DNA of 64,000 bases from a virus, in the IMG/VR virus record IMGVR_UViG_3300025598_000024, positions 41,160-105,159 of that record; one strand, 5' to 3'. Numbering within the stretch: the first letter of the stretch is position 1; the number at the start of each line of letters is the position of its first letter. A program made the position numbers and the translations under genes. Of the stretch, positions 26,701-35,759 are shown one piece after another. Below the pieces are notes generated by a model, which was not told where the DNA came from, searched no databases, and worked only from the letters and a program-made list of their open reading frames with translations.

Positions 26701-26845
26701 TATTGTTTGAAGCAGGCAGTGCATCGACCACCCCAGTATGAGCATAAATCTTGTTGTAGACAAGACCATCACTGGATATGCCGGGTGTTGGCCCTGGCGT
26801 AACGTAGTCTTTTAATGGGTCAGTATTTCTTGGAATGATTGGCAT
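23726..26845 (-). CDS. large baseplate/tail structural protein
   Basis: 1039 aa, S/T/N-rich beta-type composition, last gene of the baseplate block. Confidence 0.6.
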   Translation of the reverse strand: MPIIPRNTDPLKDYVTPGPTPGISSDGLVYNKIYAHTGVVDALPASNNTSPYNDPTISLINNSNYIQFNPATQTEWISSQDFGGPNSAPVVLNFYVSNTTYFNAINFNVLNVPCYVELLWSDGTPISDASTFVITGGPDINTTTDWVNIKYAATSTLSIQSGSYIQIRITRQKTVQRQSALTNTLVDIPYSIGVKNLSIRLNIQSYSDVPVSASGVPQPFVVQNKFGFIETYNEKVYSLSNALNNNSHSYWKSEPQPVGDAIVNFYMQVSDGVTITTLNRLYINPVYDGCRFNLYYTTNTGTDASQFTWTPVQRDFSLRSGIYEIPTVQCTYLKLEFVQLVPEIYDLPFDMVTKTINAFPYDVEEYFTGLESSIIDGNTKTYSFFGSNNNQQPIYTSTYSTMFGAANSVDASSWPAIGVLNSSTTGGTTNQMPNSSTQVIDPTISYKLIGTDGRYNNQTYTQFLQRKFPDTRVHNYTQITINQTWHQAYFVGLYYIAAFYENTSYDNIQPSLGSLISRNNNNTFAGQDNNSYIMLNPDDTATTPWVSTIDKFTGFSIAGLTTDWQSFLPDNQVLLKDTSNLTGSNITYPLNVVSNFGSTSNVIALSGTVSGSYSVQTGLYTLSSNIVNYLDANFLNGTSSWTALGSTTISNTTVTVWSGATSSGISVSGGQFSAAYKFTLPGVYSPSGTQAWMDQFGASPYAVAGFGGYAVPSGGLNYYFLNNIQVAGISGVPQVNTTLTMYTQFINPSTGQPIAGTTVTGTVATVTSGIGSNVVTATGGIWSSSIPSNTVQMVISGSGSPFSLFDLSVSTTPVTAWVSPSDRNSMRVSAVARVYLPSTNNGTYRVSLMGTDYSGNITEITYKQFRSNSLPIGTWINIEVPGYSGNNYQSFSARISQTDSKVNEIMYMSMLSPFYHPVRYEYTTQSGSGNWKPIITGINNINSVVSTTSPGTAASGIQVRLTALDPNVFITSLSIVPRYTGNPYYISANIDYIGDSKTNELSSRTPASRKKLFLLNKEVYPTRFSIEQVANTTVSYVNM

Positions 26846-27792
26846 TACTGTGCACCATATACTGTGGCGGTAACTTGTAGTGATGGTGACGCCATAGCCT
26901 CATAAGGAACACCTGTGGGGTCACTACTGTAAACATTTATTATGTTTCCAGTCATATCAATCGATACTTCCTGTGTCTGCAGATGAGCAAAGAAAGGTGC
27001 TGGGTTGGCCTGGCCTGGAGTAAGCCAGTATCGTGTGTCTGAACCGTTCTGGATGTTCATTGGAGTGACCAGGCGATTGGACATAACCGTTGGCTGCATA
27101 AAAAAGTATTGTGAACTGTCAGTCGAGCTGGCAACAGACACTGGCACATTGGTAAGATTCTTTATTGGGGTACCAAAGCTAACGATCAGGTTTGTTCCTA
27201 TGATCTTTGTAGCTGCGTCCAAAATTGCTCTCGCCTTGCTTTGGTCCCATGTGAATACTGTTCCGCTGGTGTCCAGAATAGGTATAAGAACAATCTCACG
27301 GCTTGAATCAACACCAGATCTACCCAGCCCAGGAGTCCTCCAAGATTCAGTCACATAGAACTTTATGCCCGTCATGGCCTGGCATAGCGTCATCAATGAC
27401 CATACAGTGGCACCGGTCTGGAAAGCTTCAGCAGCTCCCAGTAAACGCTCACGGTACTTGCCATCTTTTGAACTTACCTCATCCCACTGGTCAGCACCCA
27501 GTTGATCAATAAATGGGTTGCTAGAAAAACTGTAGATCTCTGGAGAAATTCTTGCTATGTTAAGTATCTCTCCAAGGATTAAATCAAGGTTGCTAAACTC
27601 TATGTGTTGCTGAGTAAGACGCGCTACTGTCTGGATGTTTCTAAGCTGGCCAGTGCCGCTATTGCCCAGCAATATTTGCATTAGCGTAGTGATGTTATGG
27701 TTCTCATCAAAGCTGTAGATGTTGTCAGGAAAGTTCCTAACCTTTTCTAAAAAGGTTATATGAGGATTATTTGCTACGATGTTACCAGCCAT
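26845..27792 (-). CDS. baseplate protein (gpI-like)
   Basis: LD..LG.....R...D..YR.RL motif; follows the J-like gene. Confidence 0.65.
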   Translation of the reverse strand: MAGNIVANNPHITFLEKVRNFPDNIYSFDENHNITTLMQILLGNSGTGQLRNIQTVARLTQQHIEFSNLDLILGEILNIARISPEIYSFSSNPFIDQLGADQWDEVSSKDGKYRERLLGAAEAFQTGATVWSLMTLCQAMTGIKFYVTESWRTPGLGRSGVDSSREIVLIPILDTSGTVFTWDQSKARAILDAATKIIGTNLIVSFGTPIKNLTNVPVSVASSTDSSQYFFMQPTVMSNRLVTPMNIQNGSDTRYWLTPGQANPAPFFAHLQTQEVSIDMTGNIINVYSSDPTGVPYEAMASPSLQVTATVYGAQ

Positions 27793-30293
27793 TAGAAGTT
27801 CGTCGCTCCCTTGTAGGTATAGTTAATACCATATAGTGAAGGCAACTGATTGCTGGCAAGTACGAAATCGCTAGCCTTTGTTGACTGAACTGTGCCATCT
27901 ATTGAAACAATATTAACGCTGTCTATTCTAACGTTTAGAACGCTTGCTGACGATATGACACTGGATGCAAGAGAAGCAAAAGAAACCAGCTGATTATAAC
28001 CAAATCCTGCAAAATACTGACTGATAGCAGAGTTTATATTTGATTGTACCGTTGATTGTGAAGAGCCAGCGCTGATCACCAGAGTCATATTCACAACCAG
28101 GTTGATAAATATAGCTTGATGTACTAGAACATTCGTACCTACAGGTCTGCTCTGTTGTACCAGTGCGTCTACATCCGTAACATCCATGTTATAACTGTGA
28201 GGATAAACAACGAATGCAGAGTTGCCAACAGATGGTAATGAGGACCAACCCGTTGGTGCTGATCCAGAACACAGAGCCAGTGCAGAGATTGAATTTACAG
28301 ACCCAGCAAGATCGGTAACGTCATACAAAGGATATGCGAGTGATTTACCACTCATTGTGATGTTAGTGGTGGTGTTATATGTTCCGGTGATGTTGTAGTT
28401 CAGGTAGATACCACTGCTTGTAACGCTGGTGATATAGTAATTATTACCAGATGTTGCGACACCGCTAGCAAGAGCCAAACCAGGATACAAGAAAAGATTG
28501 GCATTCGCAACAGGCATGAAGTTTGTACTAGACGAAGTATAACCAGAGGTTACCGTTCCTGTAAATGTGATATATGAATACTTGTTCAATGTGATTGGAA
28601 CATTAACAACAGTTCCGGTTGTGTTGTTGTACAGTGTGAAGTAGTCAGCAATTCCATTGGTAGATATGCTTGTTTGTGATGGGAAGTTGATAAGCGGTTG
28701 CTGATTAAGCCAGATGTAATAATCACCATTTGCATTAACAGTACCACTGCATGCTGTAGCACCATCAGCAAAAATGTAGTTGGTAGTGTTCAAGTAACTA
28801 CTAGCGTTGCCTGAAGAAAGAACAAGATTATTCAAGTCTAGTGAAGTTTGTTCAGTAATACTATTAGCAGTTGTACCATCGATGAAAACATCAACGTAGT
28901 TGCCACTGGATAGTGTCAAAGATCTGTTTGATGAAGGGCAGTACTCCGAAATCATTTCAACAGTGTTTCCGGCAAACAGTGCTGAGTATCCTGAGTTGTT
29001 AGATATGTTCACTGTAAGCGGAATAGATGGCTGACCAACAGGATAATAATAATCACTGGTGTTTGTGTATACCTGCTGAGCACTAGTATTCAATGAACTA
29101 CCAATCAGTTCATTCCCCTGTGGGAACATGAATCCAGCGTTGCCTGAAATTTGTGCGTTAATGTATGACATTGTTCCAGAGGTTCCAATATCTGGGTTGG
29201 CACTCTGAATCCACTCCCAGTATTTAGTGCCACTAATTGTTGTAACACCACTAACAGAAACACTGGTCCCAGGGATATTTGTTCCACTGCCAAGTATCAA
29301 TCGATATGGCAAAGCAGAAGAAAATGATAGAGTTATTCCGCCGCTAATAGTGTTTGAAGTTGGACTGGCTGATACTGTTATCGTATTCCCAGGAGCATAG
29401 GTATCAATCATTGTGTTGAGACCATTGGCAACAGAAGTACCTGTAGATGATGCGTTGAACGCACTGCTTGCTATGACTGTGGTGGCATTGATTCCAGAGT
29501 TAGTAAGTAGGTTTGTCATGCCAGAGTAGGCTACTAGTAGGAACGTAACCCCATTGTTGGATCCGTTGCTGCCACTAACTGTTGCAGAGATCTGACATTG
29601 CTCATCCCAATAGTTTTGTTGCCCGACAGCGTTAGCTCTGGTAACATTCTGGTCCTGTAGAGCTGTTACAACATACTTCCCGTACGTACCAGTTGTGTTA
29701 TTGAATGCTGTGTTCTGCCAGCGGTTCCTGAGCTCTGAGTCGCTTTCAGGGTCTGTACCACCAGTGATAGGGTAGTTGTTAGTAACGCTCGTTACGTTCA
29801 TAACTGAGCCAACTGTTTGTGAGATTGTGCTAGCGGGAACGTTACCGTATACGCCTGGCAGTACAGCCATCACTGGGGCGTCAGCAGATACAGCACCGGG
29901 TGGGATCACAGTTGCAGCAGTAGTGGTATAGTAGATTGCGCTAGGGTTGTTGTTGCTACTGCCAATAGGGATAGCCACCTGGGTGCCAACAGGTATGACT
30001 GTTAAAACTGTAGCCGTACCAGTTGTGCTGAAGGTTACTGTGCCAGATGCCCGCTTGCCCAGCTGACGATACACGCCAAAAAGGTTGCAGAATACGTCTA
30101 GCTCCTGCCCGGACTTGGTGTTAACATCATAACTATAAGTCTGCAGAGTTGCGTTGTTGTTAGCTGTACTGATCTCTTGAGCAACTGCTTCAAGGATCTT
30201 GTAGGTTGCGCTGCCAACGCTGACATCCCATGAGGGGTCATAGACAGATAGAGATGCCTGCAATCTCGCCAGTACTGTTCCTGCATCAGCCAT
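27792..30293 (-). CDS. baseplate J-like protein
   Basis: G.ELD....FG..R...A.GTVTF, IP.GT, G..GN, GG.D.ESD.ELR.R. Confidence 0.88.
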   Translation of the reverse strand: MADAGTVLARLQASLSVYDPSWDVSVGSATYKILEAVAQEISTANNNATLQTYSYDVNTKSGQELDVFCNLFGVYRQLGKRASGTVTFSTTGTATVLTVIPVGTQVAIPIGSSNNNPSAIYYTTTAATVIPPGAVSADAPVMAVLPGVYGNVPASTISQTVGSVMNVTSVTNNYPITGGTDPESDSELRNRWQNTAFNNTTGTYGKYVVTALQDQNVTRANAVGQQNYWDEQCQISATVSGSNGSNNGVTFLLVAYSGMTNLLTNSGINATTVIASSAFNASSTGTSVANGLNTMIDTYAPGNTITVSASPTSNTISGGITLSFSSALPYRLILGSGTNIPGTSVSVSGVTTISGTKYWEWIQSANPDIGTSGTMSYINAQISGNAGFMFPQGNELIGSSLNTSAQQVYTNTSDYYYPVGQPSIPLTVNISNNSGYSALFAGNTVEMISEYCPSSNRSLTLSSGNYVDVFIDGTTANSITEQTSLDLNNLVLSSGNASSYLNTTNYIFADGATACSGTVNANGDYYIWLNQQPLINFPSQTSISTNGIADYFTLYNNTTGTVVNVPITLNKYSYITFTGTVTSGYTSSSTNFMPVANANLFLYPGLALASGVATSGNNYYITSVTSSGIYLNYNITGTYNTTTNITMSGKSLAYPLYDVTDLAGSVNSISALALCSGSAPTGWSSLPSVGNSAFVVYPHSYNMDVTDVDALVQQSRPVGTNVLVHQAIFINLVVNMTLVISAGSSQSTVQSNINSAISQYFAGFGYNQLVSFASLASSVISSASVLNVRIDSVNIVSIDGTVQSTKASDFVLASNQLPSLYGINYTYKGATNF

Positions 30294-30738
30294 TTTGAAC
30301 CGTTATCCCACTGTTGCCTACGTATACGCTTAAACTTATTGTGCTATTGTCAAGAGTCACCATCTGTATATTTGATACGATTGATGTGCCCTGTATGCTA
30401 GAGTTAACTGATAGGATGCTCTGTATTATTTCGCTCTTGTTCCAGTTGGATAGCATAGCAGCATTCTGAGCAGCCTTCAAGGATAGCATCTGCTGCCCCT
30501 GATACAATTGTATTACTCTTAATATTTCATTATCAACAGAGTTAATATTTACACCAGCAGCATTAGATCCAATGAAAGAATTCAGCAGGCTACCAAACCC
30601 TGGGGTAGTAAATCCCGTACCAAGTGGCTCCTCTAGCCAACGCTGCAAGTCTTCAATCAGTTTTTTCTGACCTGTAGAGAACTGTATTTTACCACTGTTC
30701 ATCTGAATGTCGCCATTGCTTACTGTGATGGTTTTCAT
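30286..30738 (-). CDS. baseplate wedge protein (gp25-like)
   Basis: L.EP.G....P.FGS.L..FIG; position in the block. Confidence 0.7.
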   Translation of the reverse strand: MKTITVSNGDIQMNSGKIQFSTGQKKLIEDLQRWLEEPLGTGFTTPGFGSLLNSFIGSNAAGVNINSVDNEILRVIQLYQGQQMLSLKAAQNAAMLSNWNKSEIIQSILSVNSSIQGTSIVSNIQMVTLDNSTISLSVYVGNSGITVQNG

Positions 30739-30770
30739 ATTATCTCGTACAAAATAAGGGCTCTAGTACA

Positions 30771-31577
30771 CTATGCTTGGCATACAGTCATAGTCCATGA
30801 TGGAATGCTTGTGCCGTATGGCGGCTTGGGCCAGGCTGGCGAATAGCCATTAGCAACTGAAGGTTGCGCAGCAACATAGATTTGGTTAGCTGTATCCACG
30901 GCCCATACTAGTTCTACGTAATCACCAGCGTTCATCTGCTGAACAAAGTTCCAGCTGGGTAGAGCGTATGGAGACTTTGCGTAGATGCTGATTTCCCCAC
31001 CAGTCCAAGGCAAGTCAACTCCATTCTGCCGCATCCATACGCTTGTATTATAAGTAGCTGTACCACCAGCATTTGTGAGGGCGAACTGTGCTGTAAACTG
31101 AAAGTTATATACTCCAGCGGCTAAGGCAGTAATCTGTGAACCAGACACGAGAGTGAAACCGCTCTGGCCTACGACAGTATTAAAACTTACTACGTATGGT
31201 TGATTAGCTGACGTAGCAATCTGATTAGTAGTGTCATAGTAGCTCGCCCATGTTGGAGGAAATTGTGGAAGAAGCCCTGTACTATCAATGCGACGAGTGA
31301 TTGGATCATATATACCAGCGAATAGATACAAGCGGTAAAGCGTTGTTCGCTTCTCTACCCACCAGACCTGGTTGGGTTGAATCTGTGTATAATTAACTCC
31401 AGGAGGTAGAGCTTGTAGGTCTACTTCTACCTGGAAACCCTTCATGTCTACTGCTTTACAGTAGTAATTCTGAGCAGCATTCGGTGCTTGGCTTAGTGGA
31501 TGCAGAGCAGCAGCAGTGGTAATGATAACTCTGAGCACCCCGTCTTTTCCAGGGCTGTTCTTGATGATCGCGCTCAT
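30771..31577 (-). CDS. tail/baseplate protein with C-terminal C1q/BclA-like beta domain
   Basis: GVYNFQF.AQ...W.R.NG...GDYVEL.W; position. Confidence 0.5.
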   Translation of the reverse strand: MSAIIKNSPGKDGVLRVIITTAAALHPLSQAPNAAQNYYCKAVDMKGFQVEVDLQALPPGVNYTQIQPNQVWWVEKRTTLYRLYLFAGIYDPITRRIDSTGLLPQFPPTWASYYDTTNQIATSANQPYVVSFNTVVGQSGFTLVSGSQITALAAGVYNFQFTAQFALTNAGGTATYNTSVWMRQNGVDLPWTGGEISIYAKSPYALPSWNFVQQMNAGDYVELVWAVDTANQIYVAAQPSVANGYSPAWPKPPYGTSIPSWTMTVCQA

Positions 31578-34306
31578 ATTAGTGTGAGTCCATAGTCAAG
31601 AATCGTACCATTCTTTACAGGCGCTGTGAATGTTGCTTGGGTTGTAAAACCACTACTTCTGCTGCACTGGTGCGTAACAGTTGTACAATAGAACTGGTAC
31701 TCATCTGAGCCACCAGTATCATTGTCTATTGTCATGGTAACTCTCATGCCTGGGAACAGCTCTGGCATGAACGTAAGAGAGATCGTGCTGGCATACTGGT
31801 TAACCCATTGGTTCATAAAACCTGTCAGGGCGTACATATATTCCATGGCATGACTGTGGATCATGTTCTGCTCTTGCGCCATTGGCCTCATGCCATACCT
31901 CTGCAAGAAATTACTGGCACTTGTAGAATAGCTCTGCCCTTGAGAAAGTTTGCCAAACAGCAGATTCATGGTGCTTCCATCCTCTATACTTACAATGCCA
32001 TTGGTTGTATAGTAGTCACCCTCTGTGACCTGTTGGCCAATACCGTTAGTATCTCCAATAATTCCATAGTGAGTAACCAGCTGATTATCATCATGATAGA
32101 TCTGGAAATCAACTATCTCTACCGGGCTGATATCCAGAACTGGATCAGTACCATAAAAGCCATAGTAGTCTGGGAACCAAGCTATAAAATCTCCATTAGG
32201 AGCACTCATAAAGCTTCTAAGACCTGTGCCAATAATCTGCTGAAAGTCCGATAGAACGTTGTTGTCTAACAGGAAAGCTCGTGGCGTGCCAACCATAACG
32301 CTAGCTCGAGGATCAAACGTTGGTGGATTAAACAACATGCTAAAGCTTCCAGCAAGGCTGAGGAATTGAGATCCAGATGCAGTGGGGTTTGTGCCCTGGC
32401 TTTTGTCCATGACATCTGTTGTCTGCGAGAATGTATAGGTTTTGCCAGGAGTCAAAAGGTCTAGAGGTCTACGAGCTCCCATGTAGCTCATACCCCAGCC
32501 TGGCATTTCATTGCCACCCTTGATATCATTCCAGTTCAAAGCATCTTGACCAGCCTTGGTAGTACCACCATGAGCACCCATCATCATTCCATGACCATCT
32601 CCTCCAAAGCGTTGTGAAAGCATGGTTACGTGACCGGGCTGAGGAGTTCCGTCACTCGGAACGTTCCAGAAGAGCAAGTCACCAGGCTGTGGCTGTACAC
32701 TTGGCGGGATAAACGTACCAAAAATATTATTGTTCGAACTTGTTCCACCGCCCCACATACTCTGTACAGCGGTCTTTGCACCAGGGTTATGATCCCAGTG
32801 GACAATATTCAAATTGATTTTTGAATAGGCCCACTGCATAAGACCAGCACAGTCAAACCATCCAGGATTTTTTGCACTACCTGGAGTGACTCTGTAATGA
32901 GGGCCGCTTAAGTCCTGACTATATCCAGCACCAGTCTGACTAATTGCATATGAAATAACTGCTTGTTGAGCAGTTAAATATTCTTTAGGTGTGCTTGGCA
33001 GAGCATTAGATCCTGTTAGTTGAGCATTCACAGAAGCATTAGCATTCTGTGATATTTGGTCCTGTGGACCAGGTGATCTAATAGTGTTTTCATCAGCCCA
33101 GTTTGCATAAATCGGTACAGATGGTGGCTTTGCAGCATGCTGTAAATCGAACTTCTTTGGATCATCTACGTCGCCAGCAAGGTACGCAGCAACTCCAGGG
33201 TGTACTTGAATATAATTAATGTTAGCAATATCTGTATCAATGACAGCTTGATTTTTCTTATCAACAACGTTTGGTTTTTGTATAAGGCTTGTCGCTCTAA
33301 GAGCTACTGCTCTGTTTGTTTCCATGTTGGTTACAAGTAATAACCTACCATTCCAGTTGGCGTCTTTATCTTTCTTATTCCCTAGTGGCCAATCCTGTGC
33401 TATCCAGCGTTTTGCGTTATCTATCTGTCCACCACTATTTGTGGTAAATGCTGAATAGGAGAAAGGGATGCTTGCCCAGTATTCATCAAGTTGAATTCGA
33501 TCAATCGTTACAGCATTATTAGGGTTACTTCCTGGTGAGTTGGATTTACCGTTAGCACCTAGCGGATGTGTATAAAAAGCTTGAGCATAATTGGCAGTGA
33601 ATTCAGTGCCAGCAGGCGAACCGCTAGCACCAGTAACTTTTTGAGTAGTGCTATTATTGCTTGAGCCTGTGCTAGTACTATTGCCTGCTATATATGGCGC
33701 TGAACTCAATATCTGAGCTAGCTCACTTATGGAGTTCTGAGGTAACCCATTGTAAACACCATTATATGCTTTAGTAGCAAGAGATAGTAATCCGTTAGGG
33801 ATACCCTGGATGTGTATCTTGGATGGATCCCATCCACAAACACTAACCAGTAGGTTTATGACGGCTTGCGCCACTCCACCATCGTTCAATGTTGCATTCG
33901 AGCTGGAGGCTGCATAGTCCATGTTATTGAGCAGAAGCTGTTGAAACTGTTGTAGAGTGTCATCCCAATATGTATTTTGCAGTATTCTTATGGTGCAGTC
34001 CGCAGCAATGCTAACTGATGTTGGGATGAGCGTTTCAACTGGTGCAAATGTTACATAGCCAGTAAATACCTGTACCCAGTCAGTACGCTTTAAGAATACA
34101 ACTATGCGGTCCATGGTATTGATAACACGATTGTATTTCTTGCCAGGGTTTGCCAGGTCCATATTAAGCTGACTAACTGCATTGATATTCCTGGTAATAG
34201 TAATATCAATTATATCTTCGGATACATCAAGGATGCCGCTATTGGTATAGATAGAGCAAGCTATGTCCGGAGCGTATGAGAATGTACCTGATTGGTTAGC
34301 TGGCAT
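31574..34306 (-). CDS. baseplate hub with NlpC/P60 peptidoglycan hydrolase domain
   Basis: FDCAGL.QWAY, QPGDLLFW, GHV; hub-like N- and C-termini. Confidence 0.8.
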   Translation of the reverse strand: MPANQSGTFSYAPDIACSIYTNSGILDVSEDIIDITITRNINAVSQLNMDLANPGKKYNRVINTMDRIVVFLKRTDWVQVFTGYVTFAPVETLIPTSVSIAADCTIRILQNTYWDDTLQQFQQLLLNNMDYAASSSNATLNDGGVAQAVINLLVSVCGWDPSKIHIQGIPNGLLSLATKAYNGVYNGLPQNSISELAQILSSAPYIAGNSTSTGSSNNSTTQKVTGASGSPAGTEFTANYAQAFYTHPLGANGKSNSPGSNPNNAVTIDRIQLDEYWASIPFSYSAFTTNSGGQIDNAKRWIAQDWPLGNKKDKDANWNGRLLLVTNMETNRAVALRATSLIQKPNVVDKKNQAVIDTDIANINYIQVHPGVAAYLAGDVDDPKKFDLQHAAKPPSVPIYANWADENTIRSPGPQDQISQNANASVNAQLTGSNALPSTPKEYLTAQQAVISYAISQTGAGYSQDLSGPHYRVTPGSAKNPGWFDCAGLMQWAYSKINLNIVHWDHNPGAKTAVQSMWGGGTSSNNNIFGTFIPPSVQPQPGDLLFWNVPSDGTPQPGHVTMLSQRFGGDGHGMMMGAHGGTTKAGQDALNWNDIKGGNEMPGWGMSYMGARRPLDLLTPGKTYTFSQTTDVMDKSQGTNPTASGSQFLSLAGSFSMLFNPPTFDPRASVMVGTPRAFLLDNNVLSDFQQIIGTGLRSFMSAPNGDFIAWFPDYYGFYGTDPVLDISPVEIVDFQIYHDDNQLVTHYGIIGDTNGIGQQVTEGDYYTTNGIVSIEDGSTMNLLFGKLSQGQSYSTSASNFLQRYGMRPMAQEQNMIHSHAMEYMYALTGFMNQWVNQYASTISLTFMPELFPGMRVTMTIDNDTGGSDEYQFYCTTVTHQCSRSSGFTTQATFTAPVKNGTILDYGLTLI

Positions 34307-34315
34307 TCTTGATCT

Positions 34316-34963
34316 CTATTGTACTATTGATGTATTTGGTATATGACTTGCCAGAGAAGTTGAGCTTACCCAGCTATCCCCATACAAGTTTTGATCATAT
34401 GCAGTAGGAGCATAGGTGATGTTGTCAGTCAGACCAGTGACTACTGGGGTGCTATCCGCCGCTGGATAAGTAAGAATATTCATATAGTAATTAGTATAAA
34501 ATACATTCTTTTTTTTGTCAAACTGTTTCTCAACACTCTTGATCCAACCGGTATAGATCAATGGAGTAAGCTGCCCAGGCTTGCTGATCAAACTATTGAA
34601 TATAGGTGACTGTGCATTGTTGTTCCAGTAGTGCAGTGTCATTGGTGTAGTGGTCTGACCGCCAATCAGATAGGTTTGATGCACTCTGATAGCGTCTTGC
34701 AAATGGTTCATTCGACCAAATCCATCGTGTGGGTCAAGGCCTTCATAACCAGTATTTAATCTTGATGAGCTTCCTACCAGTGGCCAAATGCAGGTGAACT
34801 GTAGAAACATCTCTGCTCTACGGATAGGCGACCACCATAGTGCGCCATGCGTCTGCTGAGTGGTGAACTGGTTATTAGTAGACGTGCTAAAGCTGACCAT
34901 CCAGATATCATAATCCAGACTGGTGCTGCCATTATATAAAGTTAAGGTTGCGTTCCCAGCCAT
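34316..34963 (-). CDS. tail/baseplate protein
   Basis: position downstream of the tape measure. Confidence 0.55.
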   Translation of the reverse strand: MAGNATLTLYNGSTSLDYDIWMVSFSTSTNNQFTTQQTHGALWWSPIRRAEMFLQFTCIWPLVGSSSRLNTGYEGLDPHDGFGRMNHLQDAIRVHQTYLIGGQTTTPMTLHYWNNNAQSPIFNSLISKPGQLTPLIYTGWIKSVEKQFDKKKNVFYTNYYMNILTYPAADSTPVVTGLTDNITYAPTAYDQNLYGDSWVSSTSLASHIPNTSIVQ

Positions 34964-35124
34964 ACTGTCCAGTCCTGTTGATCGGTAGAACTCATCTGAT
35001 GAATCATTCCCATATTTCCACTAAAGGCAAAACCATTCATTAGTACATCTTGCTTGTCAGGATAAAGAATTGGTTGTGAAATTCTACAGTTTGCAGTTGT
35101 TAAATTCTTATAGTCTTTTGTCAT
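34942..35124 (-). CDS. small tail-region protein
   Basis: overlaps both neighbours. Confidence 0.45.
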   Translation of the reverse strand: MTKDYKNLTTANCRISQPILYPDKQDVLMNGFAFSGNMGMIHQMSSTDQQDWTVWLGTQP

Positions 35125-35744
35125 GATTTTACTCCATATGCTTTAAGAATATTAGCAAAGTTTTGTACGTCTTTATACTGTAAATTAATGTCAGTCTTAT
35201 TCATTCCATTCCACTTGGTATTATACCCAAGATTTGCACTTATTCTATCAAGAGCTATAGATACAGCTGCTTGTACAGGACCCTTTGTTGCACTAAGATC
35301 ATGTTGTATTTCAAAAGACATAGCATAAGGATATGTAATGGTTGTTACATCCCAAGCAATGCTCATCTGCTCGAGATAGACAACATATGATAAGTTCCTG
35401 CTAGGTACGTTCAAGCGCATTGGTACCTTGTACTGGTTCTGATCATTCTGTACAGCTTTAAAGTTACCGTACAGATCTAACAAGTTCTTTCTGCTACCGG
35501 CCTCACCTTGTAAATTCATCGTGGTTGCCATGGCTGAAAGTATCTGTGTTACACGACCACCATATGTATCGTAGCTCTGTGTGTTTATCTGATAGTTCCA
35601 GTTTAAACTATTAATATTAAATGGAAAATTATATGTTTTATTGCTAACGCTGTCAAATATAGATGCAACAGGTGTATGCAATGGCCTGTCTATAGCGCTG
35701 TGTTCATAGCCATATCCGAATTGATTTGTTTGGTTGATAAGCAT
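35121..35744 (-). CDS. tail tube initiator-like protein
   Basis: FPFN.NS..W.Y......T.GG; immediately after the tape measure. Confidence 0.55.
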   Translation of the reverse strand: MLINQTNQFGYGYEHSAIDRPLHTPVASIFDSVSNKTYNFPFNINSLNWNYQINTQSYDTYGGRVTQILSAMATTMNLQGEAGSRKNLLDLYGNFKAVQNDQNQYKVPMRLNVPSRNLSYVVYLEQMSIAWDVTTITYPYAMSFEIQHDLSATKGPVQAAVSIALDRISANLGYNTKWNGMNKTDINLQYKDVQNFANILKAYGVKS

Positions 35745-35759
35745 TGTATTATCTATCTG